24,000 nucleotides of DNA, taken from NCBI GenBank assembly GCA_003558235.1, contig PWMI01000075.1:1-24000 (forward strand), given 5' to 3'. The notes under the pieces were generated by a model. That model was given only the letters and a program-made list of their open reading frames with translations, did no database searches and was not told the origin of the DNA. Of this stretch, positions 14,831-22,970 are shown one piece after another. Position 1 is the first letter of the stretch; the number at the start of each line of letters is the position of its first letter. The DNA is from Candidatus Iainarchaeum sp. (lineage in GTDB: Archaea > B1Sed10-29). The position numbers and the translations under genes were made by a program.

Positions 14831-16696
14831 AGTTTCCCAGAACTTTGTTACCTCTTCCTTTGGGTTTTCAGTTATCTTTGGGGGTGGCGTCCTCGGGAAA
14901 CACCTTGAGTAGTTTCGCCATGTGTATCTTTCATCGAGGTATATCACTGTTCCTTTGTCTTTCTCGTTTCTTATGCATCTTCCTCCGGCTTGTACTGCTT
15001 TGGCCATCGCTGGAAATATGTAGCCGTACTCCCAGCCTTTTCCGTACTTTTGATCGTGGTACTCTATCAGTGCTTTTGTTTCCAGGTTGGGTTCTTTCAG
15101 GGGTACTCCTACTACCATGACGTTGACTAGTTCTTGGCCCGGTAGGTCTATTCCTTCTCCGTAGCTTCCTCCTGAAACTCCCAGTAGGACCGCTCCGTTT
15201 GAGTATGCGTGGTCTCTGAATCTTCTCAGAAGCCGGTTACTCTCTTTTTGAGATTGCTTGCTTCTCTGAACCAGTACGGGTTTCTCGGTTCTATCTAGGT
15301 ACTTCGAGACGTTTTTAAGTAGCATATATGATGGGAAGAATACCGCGGAGTTTCCAGGGGTTTCTTTGACCACTTGGTTTATGTTTTCAGCGATCTTTTT
15401 GTACTGCTGTGTGCCTCTTTCTGTGTACTTGGTGGTTACGCTTGGGACTATTAATCGAAGTTTGTTTCTTGTTGGGAAGGGGGAGGAGTACTCTTTGAGT
15501 TCTGTTCTGGATTCTTCCAGTCCGAGTAGGTCGCGGTACATCTCTTGTGGTTTGAGTGTTCCGGACATGAGTATGGTTGAGTTTGTCTTTTTGATGATCT
15601 TTTCGGTGTATAGGGATGGATCCAGGCATCTGTGGGATACTGAGTGTCCTCCTCCTGTCTTCCATTTTTCTATGGTCCTTATGAATGCTTTTTTTTCTTG
15701 TTTCCATTCTTCGTAGAAACTTTGTAGGGATAGGCAGCTGCTGGTGTTTTTGTTCATCTTCTCCATGTACTCCATTCCTGTTTCTTTGAGTTCTTTGAGT
15801 GTTCCTCTGCTGGGTATGGGTATGGTGTTCTTCGAGATGAGTTTTTCTTTTTGGTCTTTCTTGAGGGTTCTGCCTTGTTTCTCTATGGCTTGCTTTATTC
15901 GGGATAGTTCTTTTTTGAGTTCGTCGTTTTCGAGTACTGTGCATTCTTTCATTGCTCTTTTCAGTGTGGATGTGCCTATTTTCCTGCTGAGGGAGTCTCT
16001 TACTCTTGATGGGGCGTTGTGTGCTTCGTCTATTATTAGTATGGAGTTTTCCAGTGTCTTGTTGATCTTTGCTAGGAATGTTTTTGATATGAATGGATTT
16101 AGAACGTGGTAGTAGTCGCATATGATTAGGTTTGCTCTTTTTCCTGCTTCTGATAGTGCTTCGTATCCACAGGGTGGTTCAGGTAAGCCTGATATGTGGT
16201 TGGCGGCTTCTTCATGGGTTTTGCCTGGTTCGTACCATGCTAGGAAGGTGTTTATTCTTTCTTGTGCTTCTTTCTTTTCTCTCAGGGAGTATCCTTTTGC
16301 GTATCCGTAGAATGGGCACTTCTTTGATTTGACTCTCTTGTTGCATATTTCGTAGAACTCGGTTGAGGGGGCTTCTCTGAGGGCTTCGTCGGCACAAACG
16401 TGTTTTTTACCGACTATGTCTGCTGCTCTTATGTCTATATCATACTTTTCATGTAGGTCTTTGACTAGTTCGACCGCTACTTCGTGTTGAGATATCTTTG
16501 GGGTGACGAAGAATACTGTTTGTCCTGTTTCGAGGGCTCGTGTTATGGCGGGTCCGAGCGCCGCGTCGGTCTTTCCCATTCCGGTGGGGGCATGGGCTAC
16601 TAGGTTTTTCTTTTCTTTTATGGCCTCGGCTATGTCTGATAAGAGTTTTTTCTGTTCGTCTCTTACTCTCCCGTGTCTGAAGTAGACTTTATCCAT
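14789..16696 (-). CDS. xpd: XPD/Rad3-family (DinG-like) superfamily 2 DNA helicase with Fe-S domain
   Basis: 635 aa with Walker A 'HAPTGMGKTDAAL' and DEAH box 'IIDEAHN'. Four cysteines lie between motifs I and II (HVCADE, EICNKR, KKCPFY, PPCGYE), as in the XPD 4Fe-4S cluster domain. C-terminal helicase motifs are 'LMSGTL' and 'QAGGRCIR'. Confidence 0.9.
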   Translation of the reverse strand: MDKVYFRHGRVRDEQKKLLSDIAEAIKEKKNLVAHAPTGMGKTDAALGPAITRALETGQTVFFVTPKISQHEVAVELVKDLHEKYDIDIRAADIVGKKHVCADEALREAPSTEFYEICNKRVKSKKCPFYGYAKGYSLREKKEAQERINTFLAWYEPGKTHEEAANHISGLPEPPCGYEALSEAGKRANLIICDYYHVLNPFISKTFLAKINKTLENSILIIDEAHNAPSRVRDSLSRKIGTSTLKRAMKECTVLENDELKKELSRIKQAIEKQGRTLKKDQKEKLISKNTIPIPSRGTLKELKETGMEYMEKMNKNTSSCLSLQSFYEEWKQEKKAFIRTIEKWKTGGGHSVSHRCLDPSLYTEKIIKKTNSTILMSGTLKPQEMYRDLLGLEESRTELKEYSSPFPTRNKLRLIVPSVTTKYTERGTQQYKKIAENINQVVKETPGNSAVFFPSYMLLKNVSKYLDRTEKPVLVQRSKQSQKESNRLLRRFRDHAYSNGAVLLGVSGGSYGEGIDLPGQELVNVMVVGVPLKEPNLETKALIEYHDQKYGKGWEYGYIFPAMAKAVQAGGRCIRNEKDKGTVIYLDERYTWRNYSRCFPRTPPPKITENPKEEVTKFWETSNPASELGSIVDE

Positions 16697-16797
16697 TCTT
16701 TCACTGCTTCTTCGTTTTATGCTTGCATTGGTTCTACGTTGTTCAGGGAGATAGAACTAGTTGGCTTCCTCTTTTCGGAGGGTTCTCGTGGTTTAAT

Positions 16798-16956
16798 TTA
16801 CCTTAGTTTGTAGAGTAAAGATACTTTTTCCAGGAAGTTCCTGTGGTTTATTCCTTTTTCTCTACATCTCGTCTTCATCTCGTTGAATAGTTCTTCTTCG
16901 TCTTCGGTGAACTTTACTCCGGTTGATGCTGGTTTTCTAAATTTTTCTAGGCTCAT
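16798..16956 (-). CDS. small ribbon-helix-helix (CopG/Arc-like) protein, 52 aa (below the ORF-track size cut-off)
   Basis: My translation: MSLEKFRKPASTGVKFTEDEEELFNEMKTRCREKGINHRNFLEKVSLLYKLR*. It has a beta-strand/helix/helix layout. A strong SD (GGGAGGA) lies 5 nt upstream. The ATG overlaps the stop of the upstream small ORF (TAATG). Confidence 0.45.
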   Translation of the reverse strand: MSLEKFRKPASTGVKFTEDEEELFNEMKTRCREKGINHRNFLEKVSLLYKLR

Positions 16957-17123
16957 TAGTATCCTCCCTTCTCTATTTTTTTAAGGAAACCGTCTTCCAT
17001 CTTGAATTCATGGCTTGGAACTTTAGGACATCTCCATATGTCGTCCTCTCTCTTCAGAACTATGGTTTCCCCCGTTTTAGCGAAACAACGTGGACATGCT
17101 TCTTTTTGTTCAACTGTACCCAT
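16956..17123 (-). CDS. small zinc-ribbon-like protein, 55 aa (below the ORF-track size cut-off)
   Basis: My translation: MGTVEQKEACPRCFAKTGETIVLKREDDIWRCPKVPSHEFKMEDGFLKKIEKGGY*. It has a C-x2-C...C-x5-H arrangement. An SD GGTGGT lies 3 nt upstream of the ATG, and the gene sits 64 nt downstream of the RuBisCO stop on the same strand. Confidence 0.45.
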   Translation of the reverse strand: MGTVEQKEACPRCFAKTGETIVLKREDDIWRCPKVPSHEFKMEDGFLKKIEKGGY

Positions 17124-17187
17124 GTTACCACCTACTGTAATTAGGGAAGGAGTATTATTTAACCTTTGCCCTAGGCTCTGCTTTTTT

Positions 17188-18450
17188 TCAACTTGTGCCC
17201 CACAAGTCTAGTGCTTTTTTGAGCTCGATGTGGTCTTCCGCGTAGTCCCATGGGTCGATTCCCTTCATCTTAGCATCTACAACTTGCCTCATCGCTCTGG
17301 CTCCTGCTTTAGATCCATCAGGGTGCCCGTGCACGCCCCCTCCAGACTGGATTATTACGTCGTTCCCCATGAATTCCATTAGGGGATCCACGTGTCCTGG
17401 GTGCAGTCCTCCACTGGATACTGCGAAGACGGGTTTTATGTGGTGCCATTCCTGCCCGAGTTCTTTTGTTTCGTCTCTGGATTTTATCTTCATCTTTTCC
17501 ACGTTTTCAGCTATCATCCTAACCTCCTCTTTTCCCCCCTCCATCTTACCTACTGCTGTTCCTACGTGGAGTTGATCTACTCCCATGAGTCGATATAGTT
17601 TCGCTAGTGCCAGCATAGTTATTCCATGTTTCTTGTTTCTTGTTAGGGCTCCGTGCATCGCTCTGTGGGCATGCATGATTAAATCTGGTCCATTTTCCCT
17701 CATCTCCTGAACTGCTGAGAACCCAGTGGTCAATACATCTATCATCATGTACCGTCCACCCATCTCCTTTATCAATTCTGCTCTTTCCATCATCTCGCTT
17801 GACCCAGCGGTCGTGTTACACATGTAGACCTTTTTTTCTCCTGTTTCCTCTTCAGCTATGTCTCTCGATTCAAGGGTGGCTGCTAACCTATCTTCATAGA
17901 TGTTGAAGGGCTGGCTCGTTAGGTTTTCATCGTCTTTCACTACGTCGCATCCACCTATCCATGATTCTTCAGCGACCTTGGCGTGGCTCTTCGCATCCAG
18001 GCCTAGTTTTGGCTTTACTATGGTGCCGACTAAGGGTCTTTCAGGCACTTCCATTGTTTTCCGGACTCCTTCGATACCGTACCTTGGTCCCGCGTATTCT
18101 TCGATCATCTTCTTAGGGAACTTTACGTCCACTAACCTTAGGTTATCTATTGCCTTCATTCCGAATATATTTCCAGCTATCGAGCTCATCACCTGGGGGA
18201 TGTTGCTCAATTCAAACAGTTCTGAAGGATAAGCCACCTCCACGTAAGGATCATTGAGTTTGTAAGCCCTCGCTTTTATCCTCTTCGCTCTCTCGTTGAG
18301 TGTACCAAGGTGCGTCCACGTTCCAACGCTTGATTCCTTCGCGATGTGGTCACAAGCCCTCTCAAAACTGTTCTCTGAGTTGGGTTCAACTCTAAATAAA
18401 CATATCAAATCATCTTCACTCGGAGCATAATCTTTTTCCACAAATTCCAT
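17188..18450 (-). CDS. rbcL: ribulose-1,5-bisphosphate carboxylase/oxygenase large subunit, form III (archaeal type)
   Basis: 420 aa. Catalytic blocks are intact: 'GTIVKPKLGL', 'VKDDENL' (carbamylated Lys plus Mg ligands), 'HAHRAMHG', 'SSGGLHPG' and 'QSGGGVHGHP'. The length and the absence of a small subunit gene fit form III. Confidence 0.9.
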   Translation of the reverse strand: MEFVEKDYAPSEDDLICLFRVEPNSENSFERACDHIAKESSVGTWTHLGTLNERAKRIKARAYKLNDPYVEVAYPSELFELSNIPQVMSSIAGNIFGMKAIDNLRLVDVKFPKKMIEEYAGPRYGIEGVRKTMEVPERPLVGTIVKPKLGLDAKSHAKVAEESWIGGCDVVKDDENLTSQPFNIYEDRLAATLESRDIAEEETGEKKVYMCNTTAGSSEMMERAELIKEMGGRYMMIDVLTTGFSAVQEMRENGPDLIMHAHRAMHGALTRNKKHGITMLALAKLYRLMGVDQLHVGTAVGKMEGGKEEVRMIAENVEKMKIKSRDETKELGQEWHHIKPVFAVSSGGLHPGHVDPLMEFMGNDVIIQSGGGVHGHPDGSKAGARAMRQVVDAKMKGIDPWDYAEDHIELKKALDLWGTS

Positions 18451-18553
18451 TCAATCACCAACATCATAAAGACAGTTCAGCTTAAAAAGATTTCTAGGTT
18501 TCAATAATCAATACATTAATTAAAGACCTATGCGTTATAACACATGATTCAAA

Positions 18554-19258
18554 ATGGCTAGGGTACCTACAGGAATACCGGGACTGGATGAGTTAATACA
18601 AGGGGGACTGCTTGAAAAGTCAACGGTCCTAGTTTCAGGTGGAGCAGGGACAGGAAAGACCATATTCTCCATGCAGTTCTTCTACAAAGGAGCAGAAGAG
18701 TACGATGAACCAGGAATCTACATAAGCATGGAAGAAGGAGCAACGAACCTCTGGTGGAACATGAAGAACTTCAGGTGGAGAGTGACAGAACTAGAAAGAA
18801 AGAACCTACTACAAATATACAAGGTAGGAACCATAGACCCAAGCAAGTTCAAGAACAAGTTCGAGGAAGAAGTGAACACCATAAAAGACATGGTGGACGA
18901 CATGGGAGCCAAGAGACTCGTGATAGACTCCACCACAGCGTTCGGAATGTGGATGGAATCAGAATCACAAACAAGGTACTCACTATTCAAACTAAACGAC
19001 GCACTCAAAGAGATGGACCTAACAACGATCATGACATCCGAAGCCATCGGAGGAAAGAAGAGCTTCAGCAGATTCGGGGTAGAAGAATTCATAACAGACG
19101 GAGTAATCAGACTATACTTCAAGCCCCCCACAAGAGCACTATTCGTCAGAAAGATGAGGGGAACGGACCACGACAAGAAACCCCACCCATTCAAGATCAC
19201 CAACGAAGGCGTAGTCGTGAACGCCAAGCAAGAAATACTTTGGGAAAGCTTGGAATGA
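18554..19258 (+). CDS. KaiC-like / RecA-superfamily ATPase (single domain)
   Basis: 234 aa. 'VPTGIPGLDELIQGGLLEKSTVLVSGGAGTGKTIFSMQFFYKGA..EPGIYISMEE' is the KaiC/RadA-like N-terminus with a Walker A motif. 'RLVIDS' is the Walker B motif. Confidence 0.8.
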   Translation: MARVPTGIPGLDELIQGGLLEKSTVLVSGGAGTGKTIFSMQFFYKGAEEYDEPGIYISMEEGATNLWWNMKNFRWRVTELERKNLLQIYKVGTIDPSKFKNKFEEEVNTIKDMVDDMGAKRLVIDSTTAFGMWMESESQTRYSLFKLNDALKEMDLTTIMTSEAIGGKKSFSRFGVEEFITDGVIRLYFKPPTRALFVRKMRGTDHDKKPHPFKITNEGVVVNAKQEILWESLE

Positions 19259-19277
19259 AAAAACTCCCGGTGAACAA

Positions 19278-20132
19278 ATGAACTACTTAAGCAAAATCAA
19301 AGCATTCCTAGAACTAACAAGAATGAAACACGGGCTAATGCTAGCCCTAGCAGTAATAGTAGGTCAACTGGTGACCCTGGGAAAGCTACCAGTCAACAAG
19401 ATACTTATACCTTCACTAATCACCCCCATACTAATCTCAGCGGGAGCCATGGCCATAAACGACTACATGGACTACGAAGCAGACAAGAAGAACAACAGAA
19501 AAGACAGGCCACTGGTAACAGGAACGATAAGTAAGAAAGCAACCCTACTCACAGCACTGATTCTCCCCCCAGCAGGAATCATCTCAGCGTACTACATCAA
19601 TCTCCAAGCAGTAACTATAGCACTCATCTTCACAGCACTAAGCTACTCCTACGCAGTCAACCTAAAGAAGATCCTCCTCATAGGGAACGTATCCATAGCA
19701 GCCAGCATGGCAATACCATTCATCTTCGGAGCAGTAACAGTCTCCAACCAAGTACCCATAGCAATATGGATACTCTCAACCATGGCATTCCTATCAGGAA
19801 CAGGAAGAGAGATAGTCAAATCGATACAAGACATGAAAGGAGACAAAGAACAAGGAAGAAGAACCCTCCCGATAGTCGCAGGAAAAAAGAAATCAACCTG
19901 CTCAGCAGTAATGCTCATACTAACCGCGATAGCGATATCTCCCGTACCATACCTAAAACTACAAGGATACCTAGGAAGCATACCCTACATCCTGACAGTC
20001 ACAGTAGCAAACGTTGTTTTCATACTAGCACTCCATGGATTAATCAGAGAAGAAAACTACGAGAAATTCAGGAAACTCAGCCTAATAGCCATGGCCATAG
20101 CACTCATAGCCTTCCTAGCACCACTGATCTAA
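19278..20132 (+). CDS. UbiA-family prenyltransferase, likely digeranylgeranylglyceryl phosphate synthase
   Basis: 284 aa with about 8 TM segments. The first Asp-rich motif is 'NDYMDYEADKKN' (NDxxDxxxD) and the second is 'KSIQDMKGDKEQGRRTLP' (DxxxD-like), as in archaeal DGGGP synthases. Confidence 0.75.
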   Translation: MNYLSKIKAFLELTRMKHGLMLALAVIVGQLVTLGKLPVNKILIPSLITPILISAGAMAINDYMDYEADKKNNRKDRPLVTGTISKKATLLTALILPPAGIISAYYINLQAVTIALIFTALSYSYAVNLKKILLIGNVSIAASMAIPFIFGAVTVSNQVPIAIWILSTMAFLSGTGREIVKSIQDMKGDKEQGRRTLPIVAGKKKSTCSAVMLILTAIAISPVPYLKLQGYLGSIPYILTVTVANVVFILALHGLIREENYEKFRKLSLIAMAIALIAFLAPLI

Positions 20133-20275
20133 GTGAAAATATGGTTGACAGAAGAAAAAAGGCAAAAGACATAGACAAGATGAGAGAGCAAGACAAGGTA
20201 AGTAAATATATAGGATAAAAACGTTCTAAAAGCAAAGGGAGACAGCTTCCCAAACCCTGAACAACGGTGTGCCGC

Positions 20276-21022
20276 ATGGAAAAACAACTACAATCAGAGG
20301 GAGAAGTCAAGAACAAGATAGATCTGCATGAAATATCCCAAAGACACGACTGGAGAGAAGTCCTAAAAGACATAGTAAAAAAAGAAAAAATGGATCCATG
20401 GGACATAGACGTATCAAAACTAGTCAAAGAATTCATAGAGATAATAAGACAAGCAAACAAGATGGAGTACAGAATCCCAGCCAACGCGATACTCGCAAGC
20501 TCCATACTACTGAGAAAAAAAAGCGACTCATGGATACTAAGAGAAGAAGACGAATCACAAGACACCTGGGACGATATATTGATAACACCAGACCAAATAC
20601 CACTACCAAGAGAAAAAATACCTGAACCAAGCCCAAAGAAAAGAAGAACCAAGAGAAAAGTCAGCCTAGATGAACTCATAGAAGCAGTAGACGACGTCAT
20701 AGAAAAAGAAAAAACCAAGGCAATAAAGGAAACAAAGAAAAAAGAAACACCAATACAGAACATCGTGCCCAAATACATGCTTGAACTCGCCAACACCAAT
20801 GGAGAAGACTTCGAAGACAGAATAGAAGAAATAAGAAAAAGAATCGAAAGAAGCATAGACAACGAAAACCTAACGAGGTTCACTGAAATAATAGAAGAAA
20901 AAACCAAGGACGAAATAATAAACACCATGCTACCAGTACTCCACCTAGCCAACAAAGGATCCATATCCATATGGCAAGAAGAGATCTTCGGAGACATATT
21001 CATACTCTACCCAAACAAATGA
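20276..21022 (+). CDS. scpA: segregation and condensation protein A (kleisin)
   Basis: 'DPWDIDVSKLVKEFIEIIRQANKMEYRIPANAILASSILLRKKS' matches the ScpA N-terminal winged-helix block. An acidic/basic linker and a C-terminal WH domain follow. The gene lies directly upstream of scpB. The track start is GTG 20267; I use the ATG at 20276. Confidence 0.75.
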   Translation: MEKQLQSEGEVKNKIDLHEISQRHDWREVLKDIVKKEKMDPWDIDVSKLVKEFIEIIRQANKMEYRIPANAILASSILLRKKSDSWILREEDESQDTWDDILITPDQIPLPREKIPEPSPKKRRTKRKVSLDELIEAVDDVIEKEKTKAIKETKKKETPIQNIVPKYMLELANTNGEDFEDRIEEIRKRIERSIDNENLTRFTEIIEEKTKDEIINTMLPVLHLANKGSISIWQEEIFGDIFILYPNK

Positions 21023-21040
21023 ACGAAAGGAGCAACAAAC

Positions 21041-21502
21041 ATGAAGGAAATAATAGAAGCGGCACTATTCATGTCACCAGAACCACTAACACTAGACACA
21101 TTGAGCAAGGTAAGTGGCCTAAACTACTCACAAACACTTAAAGCAATAGAAGAGATACAGAAACAATACAAATCAAGAGAAACATCACTCAAGATACAGA
21201 AAGTCGGTAAAAAATACGAGATGACCCTAAAAGAACACTACAAAGACAAAGTAAGCTACCTCGCAGTAGACCCAGACCTAAGCAAAGCAGAACTAAGAAC
21301 ACTCGGACTAATAGCAATAAGGGAACCCATAAAACAGAGCAAAGTCGCGAAGGTGATAGGAAACAAAGCATACCAGTACATAGGGAAACTGGAAAGAAAA
21401 GGATTCATCAAAACAGAAAGAGAAGGTAGAACAAAGTTATTGAACACCACCGACAAGTTCAAGGACTACTTTGGAAAGGACCCACAGGAAGTGGACTGGT
21501 AA
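21041..21502 (+). CDS. scpB: segregation and condensation protein B
   Basis: 153 aa. 'IIEAALFMSPEPLTLDTL' is the ScpB signature start and 'LSKAELRTLGLIAIREPI' the second winged helix. An SD GGAG lies upstream. Confidence 0.8.
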   Translation: MKEIIEAALFMSPEPLTLDTLSKVSGLNYSQTLKAIEEIQKQYKSRETSLKIQKVGKKYEMTLKEHYKDKVSYLAVDPDLSKAELRTLGLIAIREPIKQSKVAKVIGNKAYQYIGKLERKGFIKTEREGRTKLLNTTDKFKDYFGKDPQEVDW

Positions 21503-22699
21503 CTAATCAATACCCAGAATATTCTTATCGATGTAGTATTTCTGAATCTCCTCACCAACTTCCTTGAAACCCGTTACGCCCTTATCCGCAAGGTCCCGAA
21601 GGAACATCTCCTTATCCCTAAGTTCAGTTTGAACCTCCTTCAAAGACTTTCCTGAAATCTTCGCCAACTCCTCAAGCTTTATGCTCGGCACATCGGTCCT
21701 CTCAACATTATCGGTTTGAGGATTATAAGTAAAAACCTCGTTGAAAGAAACACCCACCTCCGAAGGAGAAACCTCAACTATCGTTGAAACCCTTCTAAAC
21801 ATCTTATCCCCACGAATCACCTTCTTCTGAACCACCATTAAGTCGACCAGAGGAAGCATATTAACTGGAACATTCATCGGGGGATTAGTCAACCTCGATT
21901 TAGATTCAGAAGGGGAGTTAGCATGAAGAGTCCCCATAGCGGAGTGGCCTATGTTCATCGCGTTAAAAAGAGATTCAGCCTCAGAACCCCTAACTTCCCC
22001 CATAATCACTCTATCTGGCCTCATTCTAAGAGCATTAATCAAAAGATCATTCATAGTTATCCCAGGATTCTCCTGGGAGCCTGGAACCGCCTCCATTCTA
22101 ACCAGGTTCTCCCTGCCGAAGAAGTTAAGCTCAAGTGTATCTTCTATCACAGTAATCTTATCTGAACGAGGTACAAATGCGGTTAGGGTATTTAGGGTTG
22201 TCGTTTTACCAGTACCCGTACCGCCTATCGAGAGTATGTTCTGAGGATAGTTCTTCTCTCCCTCCACGTTCGTCCAGAGGAAAGCTGCAGCTTCAAATGA
22301 AAGAGTATCATTCTGAACTAAGTCGATTATCGAGAAAGGTTTCTCCCTGAACTTACTTATCGTTATGGTGGGTCCCTCGGGGGTAGCTGGAGGGATAGTT
22401 GCGTTTAAACGTGATCCATCTGGAAGACGCGCATCCAAGAAAGGTTTAGATCGATTTATGTAATCACTACTGTTGTCAGCAGCTTCCTTTATAACTCCCA
22501 TCATCTCATCTTCATCCATGATAAGGTTCGTTCTGCATCTGCCCTGATCCCTATGGAAAATGTAAACGTGTCTACCTGGTCCATTGACCGAGATCTGTTC
22601 CAAGCGATCATCATTCATCAGTATCTCGAAAGAAGGGCTATCCATCAAGTAGTTTTTCCCATCTTTCTCTTCAATTATCTGAACTCCAGAGTTAACCAT
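21503..22699 (-). CDS. type II/IV secretion-system ATPase (PilB/VirB11/FlaI superfamily)
   Basis: 398 aa. Walker A is 'GGTGTGKTTTLN' and the Asp box 'VIEDTLEL'. Walker B plus the His box is 'RMRPDRVIMGEVRGSEAESLFNAMNIGHSAMGTLHANS'. The stop abuts the scpB stop with a 0-nt gap. A TTTATA box about 30 nt upstream of the ATG suggests a leaderless transcript. Confidence 0.85.
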   Translation of the reverse strand: MVNSGVQIIEEKDGKNYLMDSPSFEILMNDDRLEQISVNGPGRHVYIFHRDQGRCRTNLIMDEDEMMGVIKEAADNSSDYINRSKPFLDARLPDGSRLNATIPPATPEGPTITISKFREKPFSIIDLVQNDTLSFEAAAFLWTNVEGEKNYPQNILSIGGTGTGKTTTLNTLTAFVPRSDKITVIEDTLELNFFGRENLVRMEAVPGSQENPGITMNDLLINALRMRPDRVIMGEVRGSEAESLFNAMNIGHSAMGTLHANSPSESKSRLTNPPMNVPVNMLPLVDLMVVQKKVIRGDKMFRRVSTIVEVSPSEVGVSFNEVFTYNPQTDNVERTDVPSIKLEELAKISGKSLKEVQTELRDKEMFLRDLADKGVTGFKEVGEEIQKYYIDKNILGID

Positions 22700-22759
22700 G
22701 TAATCAAGTAGTAAACATCGAGTAACTATAAATTTGTTTTGGTCTAAAGCACGAAGCGA

Positions 22760-22834
22760 TGGGCCAGGGGAGATTTGAACTCCCGATCTCCCCGTTATCA
22801 GCAGGGCGCTTTAACCAGGCTAAGCCACTGGCCC
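22760..22834 (-). tRNA. tRNA-Ile (anticodon GAT), intron-less
   Basis: Minus-strand read: GGGCCAG TG GCTT AGCCTGGTTA AAGC G CCCTG CTGATAA CGGGG AGATC GGGAG TTCAAAT CTCCC CTGGCCC A. It is 75 nt and folds into a complete cloverleaf. Confidence 0.9.
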
Positions 22835-22970
22835 ACGAGAAAAATGAACTACAGGTAAATTATAGTCCACAATGATTAAAAAGGGTAGATGTATACTAAA
22901 AGTGGAATGCTTATAAAGCATCATGAAAATAAATATGTAAAATAATTGAAATCGTGGAGGATGAGAAGAT

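Noticed and set aside
18451-18553. Replication origin at the skew switches: the AT-rich divergent spacer between rbcL and the KaiC-like gene, and the ~5.09 kb switch.
   Set aside because: No orc1/cdc6 gene and no recognisable ORB-type repeats are present. The spacer is only about 100 bp. The 5.09 kb switch lies on an overlap of two co-oriented genes. Three origin/terminus-type switches within 24 kb are implausible.
20141-20218. 25-codon basic ORF (MVDRRKKAKDIDKMREQDKVSKYIG) between the UbiA gene and scpA.
   Set aside because: It is too short and of too low complexity to support. It lies in a spacer that more plausibly holds the scpA promoter (an AAATATATA box at about 20204-20212).
18554-22699. 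Archaellum or type IV pilus locus inferred from the KaiC-like ATPase (FlaH-like) plus the PilB/FlaI-like ATPase.
   Set aside because: The two genes are separated by unrelated genes (UbiA, scpA, scpB) and lie on opposite strands. No archaellin or pilin, prepilin peptidase or FlaJ/TadC platform gene is present in the window.
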